A stretch of DNA of 64,000 nucleotides from Klebsiella phage fENko-Kae01: sequence record OR228459.1; one strand, written 5' to 3'. Each line of letters opens with the position of its first letter. The stretch's first letter is position 1. Position numbers and translations under genes: made by a program. A model generated the notes under the pieces. It was given only the letters and a program-made list of their open reading frames with translations. It had not been told where the DNA came from and searched no databases. Below, one piece after another: positions 9,793 to 19,354 of this stretch.

Positions 9793-10215
9793 ATGTCTTG
9801 GAAACATGTTGACCGTGCTGAACTGAACCAATTTGATATCTTTGCTTTTGTAAATCTCAAACAAAATGTAGTGATGAAAGGTCGTGTTTTCACAGGTTCC
9901 GATTTAGTTACTAAAGTGCTAGTAATGGATAGTGAAGGTGAAATTCAAGGCGTACTCGATCTCCCTGATTGGGCCTATTACAGTACTGAAGATGCCATGC
10001 TTAAAGCATTCTATGAAGAAGTTGGAGCACTTCCTGGGGGTGACTTCAAGAATAAAGTATGGAACATGACGCATAATAATTATCGCATGGAACAACTTTC
10101 GGCAATGATTCAGCGTCTTACTGACATTGCATTTGAAACACCAGAAGCAATCATTTTAAAATACGTTCCCGATTTGACCATTACTGATTCAATGCTTGAG
10201 CAATTCAAGTTCTAA
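9793..10215 (+). CDS. hypothetical protein (140 aa)
   Basis: AAAGAGG RBS. Confidence 0.55.
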   Translation: MSWKHVDRAELNQFDIFAFVNLKQNVVMKGRVFTGSDLVTKVLVMDSEGEIQGVLDLPDWAYYSTEDAMLKAFYEEVGALPGGDFKNKVWNMTHNNYRMEQLSAMIQRLTDIAFETPEAIILKYVPDLTITDSMLEQFKF

Positions 10216-10288
10216 TAGAAAAAAAGCAGTTGACGTTTAATACGTTGGCTGCTATAATTTCTATACTTAATCAAAGGAGAATAATATC

Positions 10289-10645
10289 ATGAGACACCGT
10301 TCCGAATTCATTCGCAACCGTACTGAATATCTAATGAATAAAGGCATAGATGTAGATACTGCTTCCAAGCAAGCAAATCTTGATTTCCGTAGTATGACTG
10401 AGTTGGCGGCTGAATGTGTAATGACTTGTGCTGATGAAGAACTTCCCGGTAAAGGTAATACTCGTTGTAATCGTACAGCTTGTCAAAGTGATAAGCATGT
10501 GTTATTTTATAATTTCGTTATGGGAAAGAATTATTGCGTCAATTGTGCAACTGATATTCGTTTCTGTAACAATCTTAACAAATTAGATTTATACCCTGAG
10601 TACAATAAATCTTTGGATAAACTGTTAGAGGACAATGCAAAATGA
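10289..10645 (+). CDS. Cys-rich putative zinc-binding protein (118 aa)
   Basis: AAGGAG RBS. Cys pairs at CVMTC, CNRTAC and CVNC...C. Confidence 0.5.
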   Translation: MRHRSEFIRNRTEYLMNKGIDVDTASKQANLDFRSMTELAAECVMTCADEELPGKGNTRCNRTACQSDKHVLFYNFVMGKNYCVNCATDIRFCNNLNKLDLYPEYNKSLDKLLEDNAK

Positions 10646-10890
10646 GTCAAGCTGAAATCACCGCAGACATTATCATCACTGAACAGCAACACATTGAAGA
10701 ACTCCGTATGCACATCAAAGACCTGTACCAGCAAGTTTCTGATGGTCTAATGGAAAGTGGTAATGTAGTTACTAAGGCTATTGAAAATCTGTACAAAGAG
10801 ATCGATGCATCCTTTAATAAAAAAAGTAAGTACGAACAGAACGTACTAGCACTTAAACGTCAAATCTTCAAAGAATTGGGAGTACTGTAA
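10642..10890 (+). CDS. hypothetical small protein (82 aa)
   Basis: ATGA overlap with the upstream gene. Predicted helical. Confidence 0.5.
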   Translation: MSQAEITADIIITEQQHIEELRMHIKDLYQQVSDGLMESGNVVTKAIENLYKEIDASFNKKSKYEQNVLALKRQIFKELGVL

Positions 10891-11181
10891 ATGTTCAAGA
10901 GCTTTGCCCCTTGGGATAAAAAACCAGAAGAAAATGGTGCATACATCGTTGTGGTCTATTCTCGTGATGGTGTACCAGTGATGCGTATTGCATTTTATGA
11001 TGTTGAGTCAAATACGTGGACACAGCAGCATATTGAAGAATATGGGTATTCCACTACTTCCAAACTTAACGACAACATTATTTCTTATTATAAGAAAATT
11101 GATGGTGTTTCTTTTGAGGTAATCCCTGAATCCTATAAGATCAAAATGGATGGGGTTAAACTTAACGAAGATGACGAATGA
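10891..11181 (+). CDS. hypothetical protein (96 aa)
   Basis: GGAG RBS. Starts at TAAATG, coupled to the upstream stop. Confidence 0.5.
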   Translation: MFKSFAPWDKKPEENGAYIVVVYSRDGVPVMRIAFYDVESNTWTQQHIEEYGYSTTSKLNDNIISYYKKIDGVSFEVIPESYKIKMDGVKLNEDDE

Positions 11182-11681
11182 CAACAATCTACGTTAACCA
11201 CAAATTGGGTGTCGTAATGACCGACACCCGTACTACAACTACAGTACAAGAAACATTTCTAGGTATCCCAATAGCAACGTATGATACATTCAATGATGAT
11301 GGTGTAAAAGCTATTAATGTACATGATCGTATCTTTGTTGAAAGTGGTTCATGTGAAGAGAGTACTAAAATTCTTCAGTACTTAGCACATGGAACACCGA
11401 TTAAACCTGCACCAAAAAAGTATAAACTTCTAAGTAATTGTTTTCTAGTGGATAAGAATTGGCTACTCCAAATTTATATCCAGAAAGGTAAGGTACATAA
11501 GCGTTTCCACGTTGTAAAAGAAGACTCTTGGTATTGCACTGGAAGCGGTAGCAATGCGTTGTATGAAGCATTAAAGGTTTATGACTTTAAGCCAACGTTA
11601 GAAGAAGCTATATCGGCCTTTAAGACCGTTCATTTCAGTGATCGTTTTACAAGCAATCAGGTACTGATTTACAAAATCTGA
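11178..11681 (+). CDS. hypothetical protein (167 aa)
   Basis: ATGA overlap with the upstream gene. Confidence 0.5.
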   Translation: MTTIYVNHKLGVVMTDTRTTTTVQETFLGIPIATYDTFNDDGVKAINVHDRIFVESGSCEESTKILQYLAHGTPIKPAPKKYKLLSNCFLVDKNWLLQIYIQKGKVHKRFHVVKEDSWYCTGSGSNALYEALKVYDFKPTLEEAISAFKTVHFSDRFTSNQVLIYKI

Positions 11682-11714
11682 TTGACACAAATTTTAAATA
11701 TTAGTATTATAGAT

Positions 11715-11740
11715 GCCAGCAACAAAGCTGGCATTTTTTT
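11715..11740 (+). terminator. rho-independent terminator/attenuator
   Basis: GCCAGCaacaaaGCTGGC + attttttt. Lies between a TTGACA...TATTAT promoter-like sequence at 11682 and the sigma-factor gene. Confidence 0.5.
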
Positions 11741-11759
11741 ATCAAATTAGGAGTTATGC

Positions 11760-12728
11760 GTGAAAAAACTAAATCTAGAATCTATCCACGATGAAGTACT
11801 AGACGAATGTTTCCACAATGAGAACAATACTGTAAAAAGTTTGCTTCAAAGTTCGGCTGATGATATTGATGATGAAAGCACCGCAGTTGTAAGCAGTGAA
11901 GCATACAATACAAAAGAACGTTTGCCAGCAGGTTTGACCAACGAAATTCTTATTGACCGCATTAACAGCGGTATTGATGTGGCTAAAAACATGGACATGC
12001 TAGTACGTTGCAACAGTGGTTTAGTTTATGCAATTGCTCGTAAATGTACTTGTAACATTCAATTCCAAGATAAAGTACAATATGGTTTCGAAGGATTGAT
12101 ACATGCAATCCGCAAATTCGATACTTCTAAAAAAACCAGCTTTAGTACTTATGCTACTACTGCAATCAGGCAGACTATGTATAACTACGGTAACGAAGAG
12201 TCTCGTATGGTAGCACTACCCAAGTATCAATCAGTTAACAACGTAACGATTCAGAACTTCATTGAGCGTTTCATTGCAAACAACGGTCGTAACCCAACGC
12301 ATGAGCAGATTTCAGAAGGTACTGGTATTGACCTAACTTCAGTATCTCGTGTAATGAAATACACAAGCAATGCAATCAGTCTTGATACACCAGTTAATGA
12401 AGATGGGTCTGTAATGCTTCAGGACGTGATTAAAGGTGAAAGCGAAGACTTCCATTTAGATCCGGGTCTAATCACCGATGAGAGCATTATGAACGAACTT
12501 TTGGAAGTAATTTTTCATGACCTATCGCCAGATGATCGTGCATTAGTTGAAGCAGTACACGGCTTGAATCACGAAGATGAAAAATCTTTTTGGACTCTAG
12601 CATCGGAAGGTTTTGTTTACACTGATAGTAAAGGGCGTCAATATTCTTCACGTACCTCTTTACATCGCTGCTACAATGATGTAGTATCACGTATTCGTCG
12701 TCATATGAATGAGCGTGGTATCAAATGA
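11760..12728 (+). CDS. sigma-70 family RNA polymerase sigma factor (322 aa, GTG start)
   Basis: Region 2.2-2.4 signature GLIHAIRKFD....FSTYATTAIRQTMYNY (cf. FSTYATWWIRQ). C-terminal region-4-like HTH. AGGAG RBS 7 nt upstream of the GTG. Confidence 0.7.
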   Translation: MKKLNLESIHDEVLDECFHNENNTVKSLLQSSADDIDDESTAVVSSEAYNTKERLPAGLTNEILIDRINSGIDVAKNMDMLVRCNSGLVYAIARKCTCNIQFQDKVQYGFEGLIHAIRKFDTSKKTSFSTYATTAIRQTMYNYGNEESRMVALPKYQSVNNVTIQNFIERFIANNGRNPTHEQISEGTGIDLTSVSRVMKYTSNAISLDTPVNEDGSVMLQDVIKGESEDFHLDPGLITDESIMNELLEVIFHDLSPDDRALVEAVHGLNHEDEKSFWTLASEGFVYTDSKGRQYSSRTSLHRCYNDVVSRIRRHMNERGIK

Positions 12729-13054
12729 AAATAGATGCGTTGGGTGTTGGTATTGTGTTAGCAGTGGTAGGAATACTTTCCATGCCATTCTGGAAGCCAC
12801 CACTTGATAAGATTGTGTTGAATGCACTTGATAATCCATATAAGTGCAATATGATTGTTGCGAAAACCGATGGTGAAGTAGTTAGTTCTCATGAAATCAT
12901 AAAACGTTCGACATTGGTTGAATATAAATCCAAAAAGAGTGTATTAGATGGTGTGAATCTATATCCTTATTTGGAATTTAATGACACATTTAGTACTAAT
13001 GCAGTACCGAATGCGTCTATTCAATCAGCGTTGGTATTGTGTTCAAAGGTTTAA
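12725..13054 (+). CDS. membrane-anchored protein (109 aa)
   Basis: ATGA overlap with the upstream gene. N-terminal TM segment. Confidence 0.5.
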   Translation: MKIDALGVGIVLAVVGILSMPFWKPPLDKIVLNALDNPYKCNMIVAKTDGEVVSSHEIIKRSTLVEYKSKKSVLDGVNLYPYLEFNDTFSTNAVPNASIQSALVLCSKV

Positions 13055-13060
13055 AAATAA

Positions 13061-13093
13061 AGGGTTGACTTCGGTCAGCCCTTTTGTTATTAT
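13061..13093 (+). promoter_or_regulatory. terminator-promoter module (hairpin GGGTTGACttcgGTCAGCCC + T-tract; TTGACT-17-TATTAT)
   Basis: The -35 hexamer sits inside the terminator stem and the -10 lies 17 nt downstream. Read directly. Confidence 0.6.
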
Positions 13094-13124
13094 ATGTCTA
13101 CACCAACTGATGAGGATTAATTAA

Positions 13125-13451
13125 ATGAAACATTCGACTTTTGACAAACAAGAAATTATGTCTCTTTTGTTCAACAATGAACAAGTCTATATCGAGCTAC
13201 CATTCAATGACCATAGTGGTATGATGATCTCACGTACCATCTCTCACTTCCACGGATATAAGAAGCAACCAAATATTGAAGTTCGTTTTTATGAAAAAGA
13301 CGGGAATTATATGTCATATGCAACAGAATACTTCAATGTATATAATATTGAAAACGCCACTGATGCAGTTCTTTCTCGCTATTACAGTGAAGATCCATTA
13401 GTGTATTCAAAATATAGTACTGATTTCGAATCAACCTTTGTGAAAGAATAA
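13125..13451 (+). CDS. hypothetical protein (108 aa)
   Basis: GAGGA RBS. Confidence 0.55.
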   Translation: MKHSTFDKQEIMSLLFNNEQVYIELPFNDHSGMMISRTISHFHGYKKQPNIEVRFYEKDGNYMSYATEYFNVYNIENATDAVLSRYYSEDPLVYSKYSTDFESTFVKE

Positions 13452-13471
13452 CACGACAAGGAATCATAATA

Positions 13472-13747
13472 ATGCAAGTAATAAAAATTGAATATGAAGT
13501 AACTGACCATAAACTTGGTGGCAATTATCATTTCACTGAAATTGCAGCGAATGTTGATGCGGCGGTCACATACTTAGAAAAGAACTTCACTGGACTAGTA
13601 GATGTTACTACTAATATGGTAGATTATAGTGATAATCCACCAGTAAGAGTATACCATCATACAAAAGAACGTGTAGATGAAGACGGTGATTGGGATTACC
13701 CACGCGAAACAAAAATCGAATTATACTTTGAAGAGGTTATCGAATAA
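13472..13747 (+). CDS. hypothetical protein (91 aa)
   Basis: AAGGAA RBS. Confidence 0.55.
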   Translation: MQVIKIEYEVTDHKLGGNYHFTEIAANVDAAVTYLEKNFTGLVDVTTNMVDYSDNPPVRVYHHTKERVDEDGDWDYPRETKIELYFEEVIE

Positions 13748-14034
13748 TGAAAGGTATCAAAGAAGATGACCAATTACGTTCAGTACTAGAAAAAGATTAT
13801 AATGATATTGTAAACTTTAAGTACTGTGGTGATGAGTACAAAAAGAATACAAAAATACGTGATTTCTTGAATAATATCTTTACAGCTAATATCAAAGCGG
13901 TGTATACTGTCAATTCCAAGACTAACATTGATAATGGATGGGATTGGAGCGGGGAAATCGTTATCATAGTTAATGGTAAAGGTAAAGTAATTATCATGTC
14001 TAATTCTGAATGGTCTTCTATCCGCTTACTTTAA
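13747..14034 (+). CDS. hypothetical protein (95 aa)
   Basis: TAATG overlap with the upstream gene. Confidence 0.5.
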   Translation: MKGIKEDDQLRSVLEKDYNDIVNFKYCGDEYKKNTKIRDFLNNIFTANIKAVYTVNSKTNIDNGWDWSGEIVIIVNGKGKVIIMSNSEWSSIRLL

Positions 14035-14043
14035 GGAATTAAA

Positions 14044-14355
14044 ATGAAAGGTACTACAATCATAATCAGCATTTTATTTGTATTATTCGGAATTGGTGTT
14101 AAAACTGTTGTACAGAAAGCAATGGTTCAAGATTTAAATTGTGAAGTGCGTGTAATCTACGATGATTATCGTATTAATGTAAACACCGGAACATTCCAGT
14201 CAGATGAACTTGATAAAATTGTTGAATATGGTGGTGCTATGCTCGGTGAACACATCAATGATTTGAAGAAAGTCAATAAAGGTTTGTATGCTGGATCAGG
14301 TAAGAAACATGATGATGTATTGGCATCGGTCGTAACATGTAAAAAAGTAGAATAA
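14044..14355 (+). CDS. secreted/membrane-anchored protein (103 aa)
   Basis: TAAGGAA RBS. N-terminal hydrophobic signal-like segment. Confidence 0.55.
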   Translation: MKGTTIIISILFVLFGIGVKTVVQKAMVQDLNCEVRVIYDDYRINVNTGTFQSDELDKIVEYGGAMLGEHINDLKKVNKGLYAGSGKKHDDVLASVVTCKKVE

Positions 14356-14366
14356 ATTAAAGCAAA

Positions 14367-14399
14367 GGGTTGACTTCGGTCAGCCCTTTTGTTATTATA
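14367..14399 (+). promoter_or_regulatory. terminator-promoter module (same family as 13061)
   Basis: aaGGGTTGACttcgGTCAGCCCttttgttattatat, near-identical to the 13061 copy. Confidence 0.6.
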
Positions 14400-14430
14400 T
14401 CTACAACGAAACGAATATTAAGAGGAAATC

Positions 14431-14856
14431 ATGTCAGCCCTTAAAACTAAAGATGGCATTGCACCCGGTAAAATTATGTACCACGTATACGGTACAGTAC
14501 TTGCAAAAAGAAGACATAAACTTACTGAAGATAATATCGACGTTCACATTGAACGTTGTATTATTACGTCTTTCCCGAAATATTATCATTACAGCTTAAG
14601 TACTCGTACTGATAGTTTGTTCGTTGATTGTATTATGTTTGGGACGATGGGAGAGTTTCGGAGTGGGTTTAGTCTTAAAGATTGTGGTATTGGTAATAAA
14701 AAGAATTACAACCTAAATCGGCTGTTCACTTCAATTGGTGATGCACGTGAATTCATTGGTGAAATCATGGAGGGAAAGTTCTTTGACGTTGAAGAACAAA
14801 TGTTGTATAATGAAGAAAAATACTATTATGACATTTGTAATAGCATTACACTTTAA
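14431..14856 (+). CDS. hypothetical protein (141 aa)
   Basis: AAGAGGAAA RBS. Confidence 0.55.
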   Translation: MSALKTKDGIAPGKIMYHVYGTVLAKRRHKLTEDNIDVHIERCIITSFPKYYHYSLSTRTDSLFVDCIMFGTMGEFRSGFSLKDCGIGNKKNYNLNRLFTSIGDAREFIGEIMEGKFFDVEEQMLYNEEKYYYDICNSITL

Positions 14857-14865
14857 GGAGAAATT

Positions 14866-15159
14866 ATGAAATATGATGTTATCATTCGTACTGAACAGAC
14901 TATCCCATCTTTGAAGTACATCCATAAAGATGACCAATTTGATGAAGAACGTAGTCAAGAATTAGAACGCAGTATTCTACGTATTTTCAATAAGGCATAT
15001 CGCCCACATGGTATCGAATTAGTACCACATGAGGTTGAGTACTTGCACTTTACTATTCGTACTCTAAACTATGATGGTGAATGTAAGACGGATGAACTAC
15101 GTATAGCGTATCATTTCTTCACTGGTATCTGTGAAGCCTTAGAACTTAAAGTTGCATAA
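14866..15159 (+). CDS. hypothetical protein (97 aa)
   Basis: AAGGAG RBS. Confidence 0.55.
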   Translation: MKYDVIIRTEQTIPSLKYIHKDDQFDEERSQELERSILRIFNKAYRPHGIELVPHEVEYLHFTIRTLNYDGECKTDELRIAYHFFTGICEALELKVA

Positions 15160-15181
15160 ACCAGATAAATGAGGATTTAAT

Positions 15182-15511
15182 ATGCCTATTCCATTATTCC
15201 ATGAAACAAATACATTCACCGTATATAAAAAGAATGAAGAACTAAAGAGAATCAACTTCACTGGTCACAAAGTTGGTTTGTATTATAAATTATATTCAGT
15301 ACTAAAAAAGAAGCATGACTACCATTTACAAACATCAACAGTGCGTGATATTACCGGACGTGTATTAATGAATGGTAATTTCATAGATATCTTAATGCGG
15401 TTGATTGAAGAACTTAAGAAAAAATATAAGTACTCAATCATTAGTTACAAAGGGAAGGTATTGAAGTCTATCATTGGTATGATGACGAAGAAGGTGTTGC
15501 CTCACAACTAA
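15182..15511 (+). CDS. hypothetical protein (109 aa)
   Basis: GAGGA RBS. Confidence 0.55.
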   Translation: MPIPLFHETNTFTVYKKNEELKRINFTGHKVGLYYKLYSVLKKKHDYHLQTSTVRDITGRVLMNGNFIDILMRLIEELKKKYKYSIISYKGKVLKSIIGMMTKKVLPHN

Positions 15512-15795
15512 TGAATTTAAAAGAGAAGTATACTAAAAGTGGTGATCCACGTTTATTCCGCAAAGTACAAGTACTTGACAACGAATCCCAACGTAGTACG
15601 TATGAAAGTCTTGATGATCTAATTGATATGTTCCGAACTACCAAAGATGCTAAAGAACCAGAATTTGGTGTATACCTTAGCTTTGAAGAAGTACTAGAAG
15701 ATATGCGTCCATTTATTGTTAATGGTTCAGACAAAGAAAAGATTGAAGCTAAAGCAATCTTGGCTTATGTTGCTGCTAAACTAGCGGAGAAATAG
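15511..15795 (+). CDS. hypothetical protein (94 aa)
   Basis: TAATG overlap with the upstream gene. Confidence 0.5.
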   Translation: MNLKEKYTKSGDPRLFRKVQVLDNESQRSTYESLDDLIDMFRTTKDAKEPEFGVYLSFEEVLEDMRPFIVNGSDKEKIEAKAILAYVAAKLAEK

Positions 15796-15835
15796 TTGGG
15801 ACAAACATGAATTAATGTCCTATAATAAGATATAA

Positions 15836-16330
15836 ACCGATTACGGGGAGTCCAATGGACTCCCTGATGTTGTTATTCCTGATCCACTTGAAAATGTAAA
15901 GGGCAGATGAGTTGATAATCGCAACGAAGTGCAGATGAAACCCGCTCGGCGGCAATGCGGCACTATAAACGAGAACGTAAGGCACGTAACCTCGCTAGAT
16001 AGACATATGAGAGTACTCACCAGATTGCTAAGGGAGTTTATTAAAGGGTTAGTCACACCCATAATAAACACATTCTATCGTGGACTGTATCGCGTTAGAA
16101 TGAGTGTAGTAGGACTACGACCGTTGCATAGAACAGAGATAGGGAGAAACAGGGCAACTCGCTTCCGTGTCATTGACAATTCTCTATACAGTAAAGCCGA
16201 TGCCACCAGCGTCAAGTTTTAATTCTTCCTCCCCAGCGGGGGGATGAAATTGCCTCTACAAACCTCGTCAATATAAAAGGTTGACATAATCAAATAAATG
16301 AATTACACTGAACGAAGTGAAGAGTAATTC
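15836..16330 (+). ncRNA. candidate structured non-coding RNA (ORF-free, GC-elevated 0.5-kb region)
   Basis: No credible ORF on either strand; the track ORFs here are R/S-rich and non-protein-like. GC is locally elevated. Several perfect hairpins (GGGGAGTCCaatGGACTCCC, CCCCagcGGGG, CGTTGCTATCgaaGATAGTAACG). Promoter-like TTGGGA...TATAAT at 15796-15829. Confidence 0.3.
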
Positions 16331-16370
16331 CGTTGCTATCGAAGATAGTAACGTTTGATAGGAGTTCAAA

Positions 16371-17237
16371 ATGATCCACCTAAAATTATCAATTCCAGAT
16401 ATGGATTATGCCAATCTCAATCCTGATTTTTATCCATACATTGACTGGAATAAATTGCGAGATACAGAAATCTCATTAATGCCGAAAGATGTAATTCTAT
16501 ATGCACCAATTCGTAAAATCATTTCCCATTTAGGTACACAAGAAAAATCAGGTACAAGTGATATCCAAGTACTAGAAGTAATCGCACGTTGCTTTAATGA
16601 ATTGAATGAAAAAAAACATTTATTTTCACGCGATGTAGATTTGTTCAACTTCATTAATGAATTTTGTAGTTTTGAATTTCGTAAGAAATATCATAGACAA
16701 TTACTTGCTAAACGCCACCCAGAACATACATATCAGTTTGTCTGTACATTGGTCGCAGATTATATTGTTGGTTTGGAGTTTTTAGATAAACTACCTTACC
16801 ATAAAATGACAATTGATGTATTCAACAAACTAAAACTGGAAGATATGAGAAAATTAATCTTCAATACTAATTACATTCAAAATACATTAACATATCAAGT
16901 ACCGATGGATGAAGCCGCTTTTGCATTACCATCGTCTGATTTAGAAAAATTAAAAATGCCAGTTCCCCGAAATGTTATGTTTACAAAAACACTACAGAAA
17001 TTATGCACGAGTGAACAGTTTTCGGTAGTTGTAAAACAACAAGAAGAAATTAATTGGGATGAAATGGTTAACTTATACCATAAATGTGAAATAGTATACA
17101 GTGACTTATTTCTAGTTTGGAAAAAGTTTATTGAAGAAAGTAATGAGGATTATATTCGCGATTCTGAAGAATTTGTAAGAGAATCTTTCAACAACAACTT
17201 TGATAGAAGTTACTTTAATATTAAGGATTACTTATGA
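16371..17237 (+). CDS. hypothetical protein (288 aa)
   Basis: TAGGAG RBS. Preceded by TTGACA-17-TACACT at 16289-16317. Confidence 0.6.
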   Translation: MIHLKLSIPDMDYANLNPDFYPYIDWNKLRDTEISLMPKDVILYAPIRKIISHLGTQEKSGTSDIQVLEVIARCFNELNEKKHLFSRDVDLFNFINEFCSFEFRKKYHRQLLAKRHPEHTYQFVCTLVADYIVGLEFLDKLPYHKMTIDVFNKLKLEDMRKLIFNTNYIQNTLTYQVPMDEAAFALPSSDLEKLKMPVPRNVMFTKTLQKLCTSEQFSVVVKQQEEINWDEMVNLYHKCEIVYSDLFLVWKKFIEESNEDYIRDSEEFVRESFNNNFDRSYFNIKDYL

Positions 17238-17530
17238 TTCTAAACATTTTTGTACTAATGATTGTTTTCATCCCTTTTTGGACTTCACTAGTCTATAAAC
17301 ACTCAACTTGGATTACTAAAGTAATGGTGTTCATTTGGTGTTCGTTGGTTGCATTTGTATTGTTCATGGTACGGGATGCTTCTATATCACTTGAACAGTA
17401 CGGATATCCAATTGATTGGTTCCCAATAACGTTAATATGTTCTTGGTTTATATTTGGACAATTTATTGGTTTAAAGGCAGTATTATCTGAATTACCCCGG
17501 TACAATTCTCTAAATAGTACTAATGATTAA
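17234..17530 (+). CDS. multi-pass membrane protein (98 aa)
   Basis: ATGA overlap with the upstream gene. Hydrophobic. Confidence 0.55.
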   Translation: MILNIFVLMIVFIPFWTSLVYKHSTWITKVMVFIWCSLVAFVLFMVRDASISLEQYGYPIDWFPITLICSWFIFGQFIGLKAVLSELPRYNSLNSTND

Positions 17531-17550
17531 ATCTTTTTAGGAGAATTTAT

Positions 17551-17931
17551 ATGGCACACGACCAATGGGATCGCAAAGATCCGTCACATGATGTAGATGC
17601 ATCGAAACTAGACGACAAACACAAAACCAAGTACTTTGATGAATTGGGGCTATTGAAGCCAGATCAATCTCTTTCGCATGATCGTCCTTCACGTGAGAAG
17701 TCTTTCAGTCTAGAATCATTAGGCCATGAGCTACGTGAAGTTTTCAGTAATCACCCAATCTATGTGCGTGACATTATTGAAAAACTCAAGGTAACACCAA
17801 AAGAACACTTTAAAGCCACAGTACACGCCGCTTTCAAAGCACTACACGAAGCACGTGGCAGTGAGCGTAAGATCCATGCTGCAATCATTGACGCGATTGA
17901 GTCAGTGAAGCACAAATTTAGTAAGAAATAA
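17551..17931 (+). CDS. hypothetical protein (126 aa)
   Basis: TAGGAG RBS. Confidence 0.55.
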   Translation: MAHDQWDRKDPSHDVDASKLDDKHKTKYFDELGLLKPDQSLSHDRPSREKSFSLESLGHELREVFSNHPIYVRDIIEKLKVTPKEHFKATVHAAFKALHEARGSERKIHAAIIDAIESVKHKFSKK

Positions 17932-17935
17932 CACA

Positions 17936-17972
17936 AAAGGGTTGACGAGAGTCAGCCCTTTTTCGTATAATA
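17936..17972 (+). promoter_or_regulatory. terminator-promoter module (GGGTTGACgagaGTCAGCCC + T-tract; TATAAT)
   Basis: Same family as 13061. Confidence 0.55.
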
Positions 17973-18006
17973 AGAGTATCGAAACAAAACTATTAAGGAA
18001 ATCATA

Positions 18007-18966
18007 ATGCCACATTTCACTTTTGCAGAACCAACACAAACCAGTACTAAAAAGACAAAGGTTAAAACCGACAATGCTGCTGGTTTAATCTACACTGCAA
18101 TGAAGAAATCCAAGGTTCGTAATCCTAAATTTAAACCAGCATTTGTTGCTAGTTTACCACGTCAGCACAACTACTCTAAAACAGTACTTGTACTGTTGAA
18201 TATGTATAAATCATCGGGTTCTTTGAAATGTTCCTGCTGTAATTCATCTGAAGCATACTTTGTAATACATGTCGAATGTGGTCGTGCAACATTTCGTGCT
18301 ATGGTAGATACTAATAGTGGTCGTCAAGTCCTGACCGTTGACCATGATGTACTGAAATCGTTAGGCGGTAAAGATGAAGAACAAAACTACAATCCGTTGT
18401 GCTATAAATGCAATCAGATTCGTGGTTCTCGTTTCGCTGGATTTAAAGAATTCAAAGAATGGTATGATTCACAAGAAGTAATTGATACCATCAGTGGTTT
18501 ACCATCAGCAAACTTCTGTCATATAGATTTTAAAAGTAATCTTAACAATAATATCCATTGTGAAACCATTAATGGTGCAACTGCGTTGCCACCAAATATG
18601 ATGAATGAACTTAAGAAAGAAATGCGTCGTGACCAATATGACATTTTCTCTAAACTATCGATAAAGATTTGGTTGAAGATGGATCGTGATAGTGCTAATA
18701 CTATCTTAAATGAATTAGTACTCGAACGTATACAAAAACGTCACAACAAGAAACATATTAAATTACAAAATCATAACTTTTTTAACTACCAGAAGAATAT
18801 TACTGATCATCGTAAAATAAAGATGCATATCGAAGAACAATTACGTGCACAGGTTCGCAAGTTACGTAATACACCAGTACATGTCAGTACTGAAGAAGTT
18901 AAAAAAGTCAATACTGCATTTAGTTTTAAAAATATTTGGTCAGCCTTGAAAAATATCTTTGCCTAA
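18007..18966 (+). CDS. HNH (His-Me finger) nuclease-like protein (319 aa)
   Basis: CSCC...TVDHDVLKSLGGKDEEQNYNPLCYKCNQ matches the HNH pattern C..C / (H/D)H...GG / N...LC..CN. TAAGGAAA RBS. Confidence 0.5.
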   Translation: MPHFTFAEPTQTSTKKTKVKTDNAAGLIYTAMKKSKVRNPKFKPAFVASLPRQHNYSKTVLVLLNMYKSSGSLKCSCCNSSEAYFVIHVECGRATFRAMVDTNSGRQVLTVDHDVLKSLGGKDEEQNYNPLCYKCNQIRGSRFAGFKEFKEWYDSQEVIDTISGLPSANFCHIDFKSNLNNNIHCETINGATALPPNMMNELKKEMRRDQYDIFSKLSIKIWLKMDRDSANTILNELVLERIQKRHNKKHIKLQNHNFFNYQKNITDHRKIKMHIEEQLRAQVRKLRNTPVHVSTEEVKKVNTAFSFKNIWSALKNIFA

Positions 18967-18969
18967 GTA

Positions 18970-19003
18970 TTGACACGATCAGGGAGTATGTTATAATACT
19001 CCC
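18970..19003 (+). promoter_or_regulatory. promoter with palindrome centred on -10 (TTGACA ... GGGAGTATgttataATACTCCC)
   Basis: 22-bp perfect inverted repeat enclosing TATAAT. Read directly. Confidence 0.55.
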
Positions 19004-19026
19004 ATAGAAAATAAAGAGGACATATC

Positions 19027-19353
19027 ATGAATTATCAACTAGTACTTGCTGCATTAAATGAACTTAAATCTGGTCATATTGAAGACACCAGTAAAGGTAT
19101 TTGTTTCAATCTAGCATGGAAACTTGATATGGATCGTAACAATCCATTGAACATGAGTACTCATTTCATTGAGGAAGCATTTACTTCAATTTTTGGTTCA
19201 GTACTGACTTCTCCAGTTGAAGGTGATATTATTTCGTATTTGAACAACAAAAATAAATGGGATAAAGAAACAGAAATGGGCTTGCGTCGTTTTGATTTAC
19301 TTGATAAAATGATTGCATACGCTGAAGAACAACTCAACAAAGAGGAAGCATAA
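19027..19353 (+). CDS. hypothetical protein (108 aa)
   Basis: AAGAGGA RBS. Confidence 0.55.
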   Translation: MNYQLVLAALNELKSGHIEDTSKGICFNLAWKLDMDRNNPLNMSTHFIEEAFTSIFGSVLTSPVEGDIISYLNNKNKWDKETEMGLRRFDLLDKMIAYAEEQLNKEEA

Positions 19354-19354
19354 G

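Noticed and set aside
15929-16222. 97-aa ORF MQMKPARRQCGTINENVRHV... in the GC-rich gap
   Set aside because: Arg/Ser/Cys-rich and non-protein-like, with no RBS. The region is better explained as structured RNA.
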